Positions 9,129 through 18,753 are shown, counted from the stretch's first letter. The stretch: 64,000 nucleotides of DNA from an uncultured Actinomycetes bacterium (GCA_963826185.1 CAWGVY010000002.1:18705-82704); one strand, 5' to 3'. Program-made: numbers and translations. The notes: a model not told the origin generated them from the letters alone.

Positions 9129-10841
9129 GGCGGCGGTCGCTCCCGCCGATCCACCCAGCGAGACGCCGAGCCGCTCGAAGGCCAGGGCGACCAGGATCAG
9201 CACCGCCACGCCGAACCCCGGCGCGGCGGCCACAGCCCCGACACCGTCCGGCAGTGCCCACCGCGCCCATCCGTACCCGGTCGCAACGAGCAAGATCACG
9301 ATCTCGGCTGCCGCCCATGCGATCCTCCACGGGGTCGATGGGGCGAGCTCACCCGGGAGTGGCGACAGGGGCCGGGGGTTCGGCACGGACGATGTGACCG
9401 CGTCGTCCCACCGCACGAGGCGAGGATCCTTCGGATCGTCGATGCCCCGGTTGAACTCGCGGATCACGAACGTGGCGACCGGGCCCCGGGGGATCGCGTC
9501 CAGCGATGTGCGCGACATCGTGTCGTACTCGGGGTCGCCGATCGCGGTGGGCCGGTGCTCGAGGAGGGCGTCTGCATCGCCCACGTAGACGTAGGCGTCG
9601 GCCGCGCGCTCCGGGGGGATGGCCGCCCGCACGATGTTCATGGCGTGCGCGTACAGGAACGTCGCTGTGCCGGGGCCGCCGTTGACCACCATGACGAGCG
9701 GCGTGCCGGCGGGGAGCGTCTCGGCGATCCGCCCGACCATCGTGGCCGACGCCAGATCGTCGGGCGACATGTAGGTCTGCTGCTGGCCTCGGGCAGCGAC
9801 CGCTCCAGCGGCCATCGCCAGGACCAGTGTCGCCGCCACCGGCCAGGCGAGCCACACCGCCCGTCGGGCGATCGCCTCCCAGACCCAGACCACCCCCAGC
9901 GCTGCAAGCGCGGGGAGGGCGAAGGCGAAGGTGATGATCCGATCCGGGGGGAACCATCCGGTCGCGATCCCGATGGGCACACCGGCGAGCGACACGGATC
10001 CCCACGACACCAGGAACCGGCGCGTGAACCCCCAGGCACGTGGGGCGCCGGCCACCGCCAGCGGCAGCAGCACCCAGGGGACGTAGCTCCCGATCTTCTG
10101 CCGGAACCGCTCCAGATAGTTCGCCCCAAGGGAAGCGTCCAAACCGGACCGTCGCAGGAAGGCATCCTTCGATGTGTCCACCCTTAGCCGGGTCGGGCCC
10201 GACAGAGAGGACACCAGGCCGGCGCCCACGACGACGGCACCCCCACCGACGGCGACCATCGTGCGTCCCGCGTCCGACGACCATCCCCGTTCCGATGTGC
10301 GGAGCCACGCCCAGGCGGCGACCAGGCCGAGGATCCCGGCGCCCACCAGGAAGAACTGTGGGTGCGCCAGTCCACCTCCGCCCAGCAGTAACGCTGCAGC
10401 GATCGTCCCCCGCCGTGACCGGGCGGCCAGGGCGGCGCCGGCGGCGAAGAACGGCACCGTGAACGCCAGGTTGGCGATGTAGCCGCCACTCAGGTGTACG
10501 GCGTACAAGCCCACCAGGACCCCAGCCAGCAGCCATGCCCATCTCCCCCCTTGAGCGCGGCCACGCACGAGCGCGATCGACCCCGTTCCCGCGCATGCCG
10601 CGAGCGCGTTCTGGAGTCCGCCGACCGTCGCGACGAGCGGCAGGTGCAGCATGCCCGCGACCGTGGGGATCAGCGCCGGGATCCCCGGGCGTTCGCCCAC
10701 GAGCGAGATCCCCTCGCTCGCTCCCACGCGCGCCCACCACAGGTAGACGGGGACGTCGGGCCCGACGCCGAACGGCCAGTGATGCGTGAACGTCGGTCGC
10801 AGGTAGAACGCGAGCAATGCTGCGGCGAGGCCCACGATCAA
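8988..10841 (-). CDS. Large polytopic membrane protein, function unknown
   Basis: ORF 8988..10841(-), 617 aa. Many TM segments flank a soluble insert of about 130 aa. The 3' end overlaps the convergent gene 7590..9128 by 141 nt. Confidence 0.6.
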   Translation of the reverse strand: MIVGLAAALLAFYLRPTFTHHWPFGVGPDVPVYLWWARVGASEGISLVGERPGIPALIPTVAGMLHLPLVATVGGLQNALAACAGTGSIALVRGRAQGGRWAWLLAGVLVGLYAVHLSGGYIANLAFTVPFFAAGAALAARSRRGTIAAALLLGGGGLAHPQFFLVGAGILGLVAAWAWLRTSERGWSSDAGRTMVAVGGGAVVVGAGLVSSLSGPTRLRVDTSKDAFLRRSGLDASLGANYLERFRQKIGSYVPWVLLPLAVAGAPRAWGFTRRFLVSWGSVSLAGVPIGIATGWFPPDRIITFAFALPALAALGVVWVWEAIARRAVWLAWPVAATLVLAMAAGAVAARGQQQTYMSPDDLASATMVGRIAETLPAGTPLVMVVNGGPGTATFLYAHAMNIVRAAIPPERAADAYVYVGDADALLEHRPTAIGDPEYDTMSRTSLDAIPRGPVATFVIREFNRGIDDPKDPRLVRWDDAVTSSVPNPRPLSPLPGELAPSTPWRIAWAAAEIVILLVATGYGWARWALPDGVGAVAAAPGFGVAVLILVALAFERLGVSLGGSAGATAASAVAGGLGYGLLIVQGKAQPESAPQIDQDPDEQTGDHRHHDPVPDP

Positions 10842-10886
10842 GGCGAGGTCGATCCGCGTGCGGGTCCGCTCGGGCGAGTCCGTGCC

Positions 10887-11489
10887 CTACCCCGTTGCGC
10901 TGAAGGTGCCTAGCGCGTTGATCGACAGGGCGCCGTTCGTGCTGGCGAGAGCGGTGCATCGATAGCTGCCCCCCATGGCGTTCGGCAGAGCGGGGTCGAT
11001 CGTGATCTGACATTCGCCGGCGATCGATCGGAACTCCGCCTTCTTGCCTTCAACCCGCAGCGTGAGCGTCAACGCACGCGTCCCCGACGTGGATTGCACG
11101 CTGGTGAACGATTCACCGCCGATCCCGAGCGACTGCCCCGACGGGCCCGTCCACACCAAGGCCATCCCACCGGGCGGGGGCTCCCAGATCGCCGGACTGC
11201 CCAACGAGCCGAACGCGATCGTGGTCACCATCCCTCCCGTGACGGTCGCCGAGGCGGTGCCGGCGTTCACGGCGCCGGTGATCCCCGGTGAGGAGGTGGG
11301 TGGCAGGCTCCCGCTGGGGCTGACCGTGACGCCGGTGCTTCCGGTGGCCGGGCTCGCGGGCGACGTGGCTGGAGGGGGTGAGGTGGCGGTCGGGACCGGG
11401 CCGAGCGACGAGGTGGTGTCACGGTTGCAGGCGCCGACCGCCAGGGGGAGTGCTATCAAGGCGGCGACGATCGTGAGGTTCCTGCGCAT
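10887..11489 (-). CDS. Lipoprotein, function unknown
   Basis: ATG 11489 within ORF 10887..12308(-): MRRNLTIVAALIALPLAVGAC (lipobox VGAC), then a Pro/Ser/Thr linker and a beta-rich domain. Confidence 0.7.
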   Translation of the reverse strand: MRRNLTIVAALIALPLAVGACNRDTTSSLGPVPTATSPPPATSPASPATGSTGVTVSPSGSLPPTSSPGITGAVNAGTASATVTGGMVTTIAFGSLGSPAIWEPPPGGMALVWTGPSGQSLGIGGESFTSVQSTSGTRALTLTLRVEGKKAEFRSIAGECQITIDPALPNAMGGSYRCTALASTNGALSINALGTFSATG

Positions 11490-11564
11490 CGTGTTTCGAC
11501 TCCTCGTCGGTGGCTGACTGTACTCCACCCGGCCGGCCCGGCGGCGCCTGCTAGCATCCCGCGC

Positions 11565-12950
11565 ATGCTGGACCGGGAGCTCGCAGAAGACGTGCTCCGG
11601 GCCGCCCGTCGCCGCGGAGGCTCGTTCGCGGAACTGTTCGTCGAGGAGCGCTCGTCGACATCGATCCGTCTGGACGACGGGAAGGTCGAGGAGCTGACCA
11701 CAGGGCTCGACCGCGGGGCAGGGGTTCGTGTGGCGCTCGGCACGTCGTACGGCTACGCCTATTCCAACCGCCTGGATCGCGAGGCGCTGTTGGAGGCAGC
11801 CGAAGCCGCCAGCGCGGCTCTGCGGGACGGGGCCGGCGGTGACGTCGTCGATCTGACCGAGCTCACGGGCAGGGGCACGAACCGGGTGGAGCGTCCCGCC
11901 GGCGAGGTGCCCGCCGCCGACAAGGTGGCGTGGCTCCAGGAGGTCGACGCCGTTGCCCGCGCCTACAGCCCCGAGGTGCTGCAGGTCGTCGGGGTTTACG
12001 GCGATTCCTTGCAGCGCAAACTGATCGCGACGTCGGACGGGCGATGGGTCCAGGAGGATCGCCCCAGGATCCGGATCGTGGCCCAGGTGGTGGCCAAGCG
12101 CGAAGACGTCATCCAAACGGGGCTCTTCGGGCCGGCGGCCTGTTCGGGGGTGGAGTTCATGGAGCGGTTCACCCCCCGGGCCACCGCTGAGCTGGCCGCC
12201 AAGCGTGCTGTGACGATGCTCGACTCGATCCCCGCGCCCGCCGGCGAGATGACGGTCGTCCTCGCGCCCGGGATGGGAGGGGTCCTGTTCCACGAAGCCG
12301 TCGGCCATCCGCTCGAGTCAGACGCCGTGGACAAGGAGGCCAGCGTGTATCGCGGGTTGATCGGTGAGCGGTGCGCGAGCGAGCTGATCAACGGGGTCGA
12401 CGACGCATCGGTCCCCAACGGCTGGGGATCGTTCGACTTCGACGACGAGGGTCAGCCGTCGCAGCGGACGGTCCTGTTCACCGAAGGCGTCCTGCAGAGC
12501 TTCCTCTACGACCGGCTGCGTGCGGAGAAGGCGGGAGTGGCCTCGACCGGGAACGGTAGGCGCGAATCCTACGCGCATCCACCCGTGGCCCGCATGACGA
12601 ACACCTACATCCTGGACGGCGGGTCGGAGCCCGACGACGTCCTGTCCTCGACCGTCAGCGGTGTGTACGTCACCTCCCTGGGCGGTGGGCAGGTCAACCC
12701 CGCCACCGGGGATTTCGTGTTCGGGGTCAGCGAGGGGTTCGTGTTGGACCACGGTCGCGTGGGCGCGCCGGTCCGCGGCGCGAACCTGATCGGGCGCGCC
12801 ATCGAGGTCATGAGTGCTGTGGATGCGGTCGCGAACGATTTCGACACGTGGGAGGGCGTCTGCGGCAAGGATGGTCAAGCGGCCCCGGTGGGCAGCGGGT
12901 CGCCCACGCTGCGGATCTCGAAGATCACCGTGGGAGGCACCGGTGCCTGA
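11565..12950 (+). CDS. tldD: Metalloprotease TldD
   Basis: ORF 11565..12950(+): TldD/PmbA-family sequence with HEAVGHPLESD metal site. Its stop overlaps the start of the pmbA-like partner. Confidence 0.9.
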   Translation: MLDRELAEDVLRAARRRGGSFAELFVEERSSTSIRLDDGKVEELTTGLDRGAGVRVALGTSYGYAYSNRLDREALLEAAEAASAALRDGAGGDVVDLTELTGRGTNRVERPAGEVPAADKVAWLQEVDAVARAYSPEVLQVVGVYGDSLQRKLIATSDGRWVQEDRPRIRIVAQVVAKREDVIQTGLFGPAACSGVEFMERFTPRATAELAAKRAVTMLDSIPAPAGEMTVVLAPGMGGVLFHEAVGHPLESDAVDKEASVYRGLIGERCASELINGVDDASVPNGWGSFDFDDEGQPSQRTVLFTEGVLQSFLYDRLRAEKAGVASTGNGRRESYAHPPVARMTNTYILDGGSEPDDVLSSTVSGVYVTSLGGGQVNPATGDFVFGVSEGFVLDHGRVGAPVRGANLIGRAIEVMSAVDAVANDFDTWEGVCGKDGQAAPVGSGSPTLRISKITVGGTGA

Positions 12951-14283
12951 GCTGGACGAGCTGGTTCGGGCGGCCGTGGACGCTGCGGAACCGGATGAAG
13001 CCGTCGAGGCCTACGCCGACGAGACCCGCCAGACCGAGGCCAGCGCGCTGCGAGGCGAGGTCGAAGGGCTGTCGTTCTCGGAGTCGCGCGGCGTGGGGGT
13101 GCGGGTGATCCGCGATGCACGGCTCGGCTACGCATGGGCCGCTGACCCGACGCCGGACGAGGTGCGCGACACGGTGCGCCGCGCCCGTGAGAACGCGGCG
13201 CTCGCCGAACCCGACGAGTTCAACGTGTTGCCAGGTGTCGAGGCCGCCGAGCCGATCTCCGCGCTGTTCCGTGAGGATGCGGCCCATCTCTCCACTGACC
13301 AGAAGGTACAGATGGCGTTGGACCTGGAGGCGCGCTCCGTGTCGCGGGATCCACGGGTGACCAAGGTGGATCTGGCGCAGGTGGGTGACGCCGTCTCGCG
13401 GTGTGCGATCGCCTCCACGGCCGGTGTCGAGGCCGGGTATGCACGCACGGACGCCTGGTGCGTGGTGGTGACCCTCGCGACCCAGGACGACGAAACGCAG
13501 ACGGGGTTCTCGTACAAGATCGCACGCGGCCTGGACGAACTCGGGTGGGAGTCGATCGCCGATGAGGCGGTGGAACGGAGCATCCAGATGCTCGGGGCGC
13601 TGAAGCCGCCCACCGCCAAGGTCCCCGTGATCTTGGATCCGTTCGCCGCCACGAACTTCCTTGGTGTGCTGGCGGGGGCGCTGAGCGCCGAGGCCGTACA
13701 GAAAGGCAGGTCCCTGTTCGCCACGATGGTGGGGGACCAGGTCGGCTCCCCGCTCGTCACGATCGTGGATGACGGGCGGGTGCCCGACGGGCCAGGCTCA
13801 TGCCCGTTCGACGACGAGGGCGTGCCGAGCGGCCGGACCGAGCTCTTCTCGGGCGGACGCCTCAACGGGTTCCTGCACGATGCCTACACGGCCGCGCGCG
13901 CTGGGGAAGGGCAGCGGAGCACCGGGAACGGCAAGCGGGGCTACCGCAGCGCTCCCGGCGTGGGCACGTCCAACTTCTTCCTGGATGCGGGGACCCGGTC
14001 CTTCGAACAGCTGCTCGCTGAGGCGGACGGCGGCGTCTTGATCCGCGACGTGTCCGGCGTCCACAGCGGCGCGAACCCGATCAGCGGGGAGTTCAGCGTG
14101 GGGGCCACCGGCCTGCGGATCGGGGGCGGGACCCTCGGTGAGCCCCTGCGGGAGATGACGATCGCCTCCACGTTGCCCGAGATGCTGGCGGGGATCTCGG
14201 CCGTCGGCGATGACCTCCGGTTCTTCTCCAGCGTGGGAACGCCGTCGATGTTGATCGGCGAGATGACCCTCGCCGGTGTCTGA
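12943..14283 (+). CDS. pmbA: TldD-partner protein PmbA/TldE
   Basis: GTG 12943 (GTGCCTGA overlap with the tldD stop) inside ORF 12814..14283. Reads VPELDELVRAAVDAA...GVGVRVIRDARLGYAW...SGVHSGANPISGEFS. Confidence 0.85.
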   Translation: MPELDELVRAAVDAAEPDEAVEAYADETRQTEASALRGEVEGLSFSESRGVGVRVIRDARLGYAWAADPTPDEVRDTVRRARENAALAEPDEFNVLPGVEAAEPISALFREDAAHLSTDQKVQMALDLEARSVSRDPRVTKVDLAQVGDAVSRCAIASTAGVEAGYARTDAWCVVVTLATQDDETQTGFSYKIARGLDELGWESIADEAVERSIQMLGALKPPTAKVPVILDPFAATNFLGVLAGALSAEAVQKGRSLFATMVGDQVGSPLVTIVDDGRVPDGPGSCPFDDEGVPSGRTELFSGGRLNGFLHDAYTAARAGEGQRSTGNGKRGYRSAPGVGTSNFFLDAGTRSFEQLLAEADGGVLIRDVSGVHSGANPISGEFSVGATGLRIGGGTLGEPLREMTIASTLPEMLAGISAVGDDLRFFSSVGTPSMLIGEMTLAGV

Positions 14284-14291
14284 AGGAGCAT

Positions 14292-14310
14292 CTAGTCTGA
14301 GTCAGACTAG
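14292..14310. repeat. Perfect 19-nt palindrome CTAGTCTGA-G-TCAGACTAG between convergent genes
   Basis: Read directly. It lies between the pmbA stop (14281-14283) and the stop of the convergent NTF2-like gene (14302-14304). It could form an 8-bp hairpin or act as a dimer-binding site. No U-tract. Confidence 0.5.
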
Positions 14311-14700
14311 CTTCTCGACCTTCCGCTCGACGTCCTTCCGTGCGATGAACCATTCACGGAAATCGCTGCAGCGACCCTCGTCGTTGAAGCGCATCAGGAA
14401 CACGTTGTCGTAGATGCGGTCCGGATCGCCGGCATCGTCGAAGTAGGTGCTGACCCCGGTCGCGGCGGCCGCATCTCCCTCCACCGCGTGGGGCTCGTAC
14501 CAGGCGTCCCACGTGCCGGGCTCATCCGGATCTTCCAGCCAGGACTTCGCGATCGCTTCGCTGCCCCGCAACGGCTCGTCCGCCGGGTGATAGCGGTAGG
14601 TGGCATCGGCGCTGAACAGGTCCTCGATGGCGGTTCGCTCGTTCGCCCGCCACGCCGCCACGTACCGATCCAGCCAGCGCTGTACCTGCTGCCGATCCAT
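14302..14700 (-). CDS. SnoaL-like / NTF2-family protein
   Basis: ORF 14302..14700(-): MDRQQVQRWLDRYVAAWRANERTAIEDLFSADATYRYHP... Typical SnoaL-like N-terminus. Confidence 0.7.
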   Translation of the reverse strand: MDRQQVQRWLDRYVAAWRANERTAIEDLFSADATYRYHPADEPLRGSEAIAKSWLEDPDEPGTWDAWYEPHAVEGDAAAATGVSTYFDDAGDPDRIYDNVFLMRFNDEGRCSDFREWFIARKDVERKVEKLV

Positions 14701-14746
14701 CCCCGCTCTCCTTGTTCCGCTCGTCGGTGTCCGAGCCTACCGTCAC

Positions 14747-15583
14747 TCAGAAGGTGGCGGGGCGCACCCCGGTCGCGATGAGCGCGAAGATCAGCGCAGC
14801 CATCGCCAGCCGGTACCACATGAACACCTTGAACGTGTGGCGCTTCAGATAGGTCAACAGGCCCGCGATCACCAGATACCCGCTCACGGCCGAGGCGACG
14901 AACCCCCAGAAGAACTGCGCCTGATAGCCCTGGAACCCGTTCTGCAGCACGTCGATGCCCTTGTACAGACCCGCACCCGCGATGATCGGGAGCGAGAGCA
15001 GGAACGAGAAGCGCGCCGCCGACTCACGGTCGATGGTCAGGAGCCGGGCCGCCGTCATCGTGATGCCCGAGCGAGAGATCCCGGGCTGCAGGGCCAATGC
15101 CTGGGCGCTGCCCAGGAACAATCCGGTCCGGGGGCCGATCGATTCCAGGCTGCGCTCACTGCCCATCTTCGCGTCCACGTACCACAGCACCACGCCGAAC
15201 ACGCCCAGCATGATGGCGATCAACCAGGGTTCGCCGAGCGTCTCCTGGATCACCGATTCCAGCGTCGCACCCAGGATCACACCCGGGATCGTCCCGATGA
15301 TCAAGGCCCACGCCAGGCGCTCGTCCACCGAGGAGATCGAGCGTCGGGAGATGGACCCGAACCAGGCCTTGAGGTAGCGCCACGCATCGTGCCGGAAGTA
15401 GATCAGGGCGCCCAGCAACGTCCCCATATGCAGCGCGACGTCGAAGGTCTTGTTGAAGTCCGCGTTGGCGAAGATGGAGGCGTTCCAGCCGAACAACCAC
15501 GGCACCAGGATCAGATGACCGGAACTCGAGACCGGCGCGTACTCGGTGACGCCCTGGGTGAGGCCCAGGATGATCGCTTGCAA
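14747..15583 (-). CDS. uppP: Undecaprenyl-diphosphate phosphatase
   Basis: ORF 14747..15583(-), TTG start: GLTQGVTEYAPVSSSGHL and PGISRSGITM motifs of BacA/UppP. Confidence 0.9.
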   Translation of the reverse strand: MQAIILGLTQGVTEYAPVSSSGHLILVPWLFGWNASIFANADFNKTFDVALHMGTLLGALIYFRHDAWRYLKAWFGSISRRSISSVDERLAWALIIGTIPGVILGATLESVIQETLGEPWLIAIMLGVFGVVLWYVDAKMGSERSLESIGPRTGLFLGSAQALALQPGISRSGITMTAARLLTIDRESAARFSFLLSLPIIAGAGLYKGIDVLQNGFQGYQAQFFWGFVASAVSGYLVIAGLLTYLKRHTFKVFMWYRLAMAALIFALIATGVRPATF

Positions 15584-15673
15584 GATGCTCAGGGGGTTGT
15601 CTCCTTCCGGCAGGTCCGCGTCAGCCTAGCGGTTGGGCGTGCTCAGAGATGTGGAGAACGAGTTGCGGCGCAA

Positions 15674-16354
15674 CTAGGGCGAGACGACCGTCGGACTGGG
15701 TGTGGAAACGGGCGGCTGGACCGTCATCACCAACGTCGCGAAGGCCGCGGCGTAGGCCAGATCCTCGGCCGTCGATGGATCCACCAGCAGGACCAGCACG
15801 GGTCCGCCCGCCTGTCCGACATCTGTCGGACCCTCGGATCGTGGCGCCAGCACGCGGGCAACGGGGACCCCTTCGGCCACCGTCTCCACGTGGGGGCGGC
15901 CTCCCCCGAACGTCCCCAGCACGTCGACCACGTCGCCCGGCACCACCGTTCCGACCGGCAACCCCGAGGGGACCAGGAACGCTCGCAGGCCGTCGGGAAC
16001 CACGGCCGCCACCGGACCGACCGCGGATCCTGCGAGACGGGTCGAGGTGAGCACCTCGCCCGACGCCACATCGGCCGCCAGCACCCGCCCCACCGCGGAC
16101 CCGTCCGCAGGCGTCGCGTCCGGCGGAAGCACGCCGGCAGGGATCGGTTGATCCCGGAGCATCTCGGCGGTCAGCGTGGTCCCGCGAACCAGGTCCTGGG
16201 TGACGACGACGGCTGTGACGGGAGTGCCGAGGTCGGGCCGTCTCGCCTCCACGCGGCGGGCGTAACCCTGCATCACCAGCACGGTCAGCGATCCGCACGC
16301 GATGGCGAGCCCGAAGAACGCTATCGCCGACAGCGGCAGCTTGCGGCGGAACAT
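15674..16354 (-). CDS. SAF-domain protein, CpaB/RcpC-like (orphan)
   Basis: ORF 15674..16354(-): N-terminal TM, SAF-like segment VVVTQDLVRGTTLTAEML, then a C-terminal RcpC-like domain. No other tad/flp genes nearby. Confidence 0.65.
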   Translation of the reverse strand: MFRRKLPLSAIAFFGLAIACGSLTVLVMQGYARRVEARRPDLGTPVTAVVVTQDLVRGTTLTAEMLRDQPIPAGVLPPDATPADGSAVGRVLAADVASGEVLTSTRLAGSAVGPVAAVVPDGLRAFLVPSGLPVGTVVPGDVVDVLGTFGGGRPHVETVAEGVPVARVLAPRSEGPTDVGQAGGPVLVLLVDPSTAEDLAYAAAFATLVMTVQPPVSTPSPTVVSP

Positions 16355-16475
16355 GGCTGGACGCTACGGAGGAGCGACGACCGGCGCCGTGATCCCGGTC
16401 ACGTCTGCGCGGACGTTCGCTGCGGCGTCGCTCGCGCGAGGTGAGTCGGAGCCGCCCCTCCGGTACCGTTGCCCG

Positions 16476-17318
16476 ATGCGACTCCGACTCCAAACTCGCC
16501 GGCTCTTGTTGGGTCTGCACGGGTTGGCGCTGTTGCGCGGCTGGCCTTTCGGCGATGCCGCCGAGGCTGCCGAGAACATGGACATGATGCGGGGCATCCT
16601 GTCTGGCCACGCGGATCCGGACCCGCCCGAAGTGGAGGTCGATCATCCGGGACTCCAGGCCGCCTATCGCTCCTGGTCCGACACCTACGACGAGATGTGG
16701 AACGGCCTGATCGAGATCGAGGAGCCGGTCCTTCGGGCCGCCCTGTCCTCGATGGAACCGGGCAACGCCCTGGACGCGGCGTGCGGGACGGGTCGGGTCA
16801 GCGCGATCCTGGCGGACCGCGGTCACGACGTGGTCGCGATCGACGCCTCGCCCGAGATGCTCGACCGTGCCAAGGCGAAAGGGATCCCTGCCCGCTTCGA
16901 ACTGGGCGACCTCGAGCATCTCCCCCTGGATGACCAGAGCGTCGACCTGGCGGTCGCATCGTTGGCGTTGACGCACTCGCCGTCGTTGGACGAGGTGTTC
17001 GCAGAGCTCACCCGAGTGGTGAGGACCGGCGGCCGGATCGTGCTTTCGGATGTCCATCCAATGGCCGTAGCGACGGGCGCGCAGGGCTTCTTCAGACGCG
17101 CCGATGGCTCGCGAGTGGTCGTGGAGAACCATGTGCACTGGGCGAGCGCGTACGTGAACGTCGCGGTTGCCCAGGGACTCCGCATCGAACGGTGCGAGGA
17201 GGTTCCGGTCGACGAGCCATTCATGTCGCAGATGGGCGACGAAGCGATCCGGCTAGCGGCGCATGGTGCCTTGATCGGCCTCCCCCTCGTGCTGATCTGG
17301 GTCATGCGCAAGCCCTGA
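16476..17318 (+). CDS. Class I SAM-dependent methyltransferase
   Basis: ATG 16476 within ORF 16302..17318. SAM motif I LDAACGTGRV and DASPEML. A later start (MDMMRG) is possible. Confidence 0.75.
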   Translation: MRLRLQTRRLLLGLHGLALLRGWPFGDAAEAAENMDMMRGILSGHADPDPPEVEVDHPGLQAAYRSWSDTYDEMWNGLIEIEEPVLRAALSSMEPGNALDAACGTGRVSAILADRGHDVVAIDASPEMLDRAKAKGIPARFELGDLEHLPLDDQSVDLAVASLALTHSPSLDEVFAELTRVVRTGGRIVLSDVHPMAVATGAQGFFRRADGSRVVVENHVHWASAYVNVAVAQGLRIERCEEVPVDEPFMSQMGDEAIRLAAHGALIGLPLVLIWVMRKP

Positions 17319-17325
17319 GCTTGCT

Positions 17326-17505
17326 TCAGTCCCGGGGCGCCTTCTTCCTCGACAGGGGCAGGGTGCGAACACGGAACTCCTCGAGGGCGTCGCGGCCCAC
17401 GATCATCGACACCGACTCCCTGATCCGATCGCCCACGGCGTTCGGATCGATGTCGTCCGTGCTCTTGAAGGCCAGCTCGACGCGGATCAGGACGGGTTCG
17501 GCCAT
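17326..17505 (-). CDS. Candidate 59-aa protein coupled to mtnP
   Basis: ATG 17505 lies 4 nt after the mtnP stop (17510-17512). Product is MAEPVLIRVELAFKSTDDIDPNAVGDRIRESVSMIVGRDALEEFRVRTLPLSRKKAPRD, with GC-rich third positions like neighbouring genes. Just below the ORF-track length cutoff. Confidence 0.4.
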   Translation of the reverse strand: MAEPVLIRVELAFKSTDDIDPNAVGDRIRESVSMIVGRDALEEFRVRTLPLSRKKAPRD

Positions 17506-17509
17506 CGGC

Positions 17510-18304
17510 TCACTCCCCGAACCGGGCGCCGGCGAGGGCGGTGGCGCAGGGGCAGTCGCGCTCCTGCGGGAGGTCGGGGATCACGGCGAACAGCAGATCA
17601 CGGAGCTTCTCGTTGTTCTCGGTGAACACGCGCACGACCTCCTCATGGGTGACGGGCGGCACGTCTTCGACGCCCACGTCGTAGTCGGTGATAAGCGAGA
17701 TGCTGGCGTAGCAGAGCTCCTGCTCGCGCGCCAGCAACGCTTCGGGGTACTGGGTCATGTTGATGACCTCCCAACCGGCGGTGGCGAACCAGGCGGACTC
17801 GGCCCTCGTGGAGAATCGCGGGCCTTCGATCACGACGACCGTGCCGCGTTCGTGGATCGGGATCTGGAGTTCGTGGCCTTTCGTGATCGCGACCTGCCGC
17901 ATCGTCTCGCAGTACGGGTCGGCGAACGAGATGTGGGTGGTGACCGGGCCATCGTAGAACGTGTTCTCTCTCGCCCGGGTCCGATCCACCAACTGGTCGC
18001 AGATCACGAAGTCTCCGGGCCGCACCGTGGGCTGCAGCGATCCGCTGGCGTTCGGACCGAGGACCCGGGTGACGCCCAACTCCTTCATCGCCCACACGTT
18101 CGCGCGATAGGGAACCCTGTGTGGCGGGAACTCGTGCTTCAGACCGTGCCGCGGGATGAACGCCACCGTCCGGCCGCCCACCTCACCGATCACCGGCGGG
18201 GCGCTGGGAGGGCCGAACGGCGTGTCGACCTCCACCGTCTCCATGTCGTCGAGGAAGGCGTAGAAGCCGGACCCTCCGAAAACGCCTATCTCGGCCGTGG
18301 CCAC
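17510..18304 (-). CDS. mtnP: S-methyl-5'-thioadenosine phosphorylase
   Basis: GTG 18304 within ORF 17510..18541(-): VATAEIGVFGGSGFY...FIPRHG...VINMTQYPEALLAREQELCYASISLITDYD. The N-terminal 79 track codons are shadow sequence overlapping the next gene. Confidence 0.9.
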   Translation of the reverse strand: MATAEIGVFGGSGFYAFLDDMETVEVDTPFGPPSAPPVIGEVGGRTVAFIPRHGLKHEFPPHRVPYRANVWAMKELGVTRVLGPNASGSLQPTVRPGDFVICDQLVDRTRARENTFYDGPVTTHISFADPYCETMRQVAITKGHELQIPIHERGTVVVIEGPRFSTRAESAWFATAGWEVINMTQYPEALLAREQELCYASISLITDYDVGVEDVPPVTHEEVVRVFTENNEKLRDLLFAVIPDLPQERDCPCATALAGARFGE

Positions 18305-18305
18305 C

Positions 18306-18641
18306 TCAGTCCTCCTTATTCGATGTCGACGAACCGCTCGATCCCGAGTCCTTCGACGAGCTCGAGGCGCCGTCGGACTTCTTCTCGGTCTTCGTTTCTG
18401 AGGAGGAGGACTTGTCCGAGGACGCGGCGTCCTTCTTCCCGGTGTCGGGCTTGGGTTTGGCCTTCTTGCCATGGTCAGTGGCGTAGAAGCCGGATCCTTT
18501 GAACGAGATCGCGGGAGGAGTGAACACCTTCCGGAGCTCACCGCCGCACTCCGGGCATTCCTTCAGGGGGTCGTCCTTCATGGACTGCACGATCTCGAAC
18601 AGGTGTCCGCAGCTCCTGCAGACGTATTCGTAGGTGGGCAT
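18306..18641 (-). CDS. FmdB-family zinc-ribbon protein with Ser/Lys-rich disordered tail (resembles the Rv0991c/Ruc type)
   Basis: ORF 18306..18641(-): MPTYEYVCRSCGHLFE...CPECGGELRKVF...FKGSGFY followed by a low-complexity S/K/D tail. Divergent from galU, as at the mycobacterial locus as I recall it. Confidence 0.8.
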   Translation of the reverse strand: MPTYEYVCRSCGHLFEIVQSMKDDPLKECPECGGELRKVFTPPAISFKGSGFYATDHGKKAKPKPDTGKKDAASSDKSSSSETKTEKKSDGASSSSKDSGSSGSSTSNKED

Positions 18642-18753
18642 GGCCGGACGAGTCTAGCGAGGCATCCATGCCCACGGCCCCTCCCCGCGGCCTACATCGA
18701 AGGAACGACTGGCGGCGTTCGGTGGTCGGAACGTACACTCGCGTTCCGTCGGA

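Noticed and set aside
14600-16444. 614-aa plus-strand ORF
   Set aside because: It is antisense to the well-supported uppP and cpaB-like genes. Its composition is low-complexity Arg/Gly/His/Asp with no family signature.
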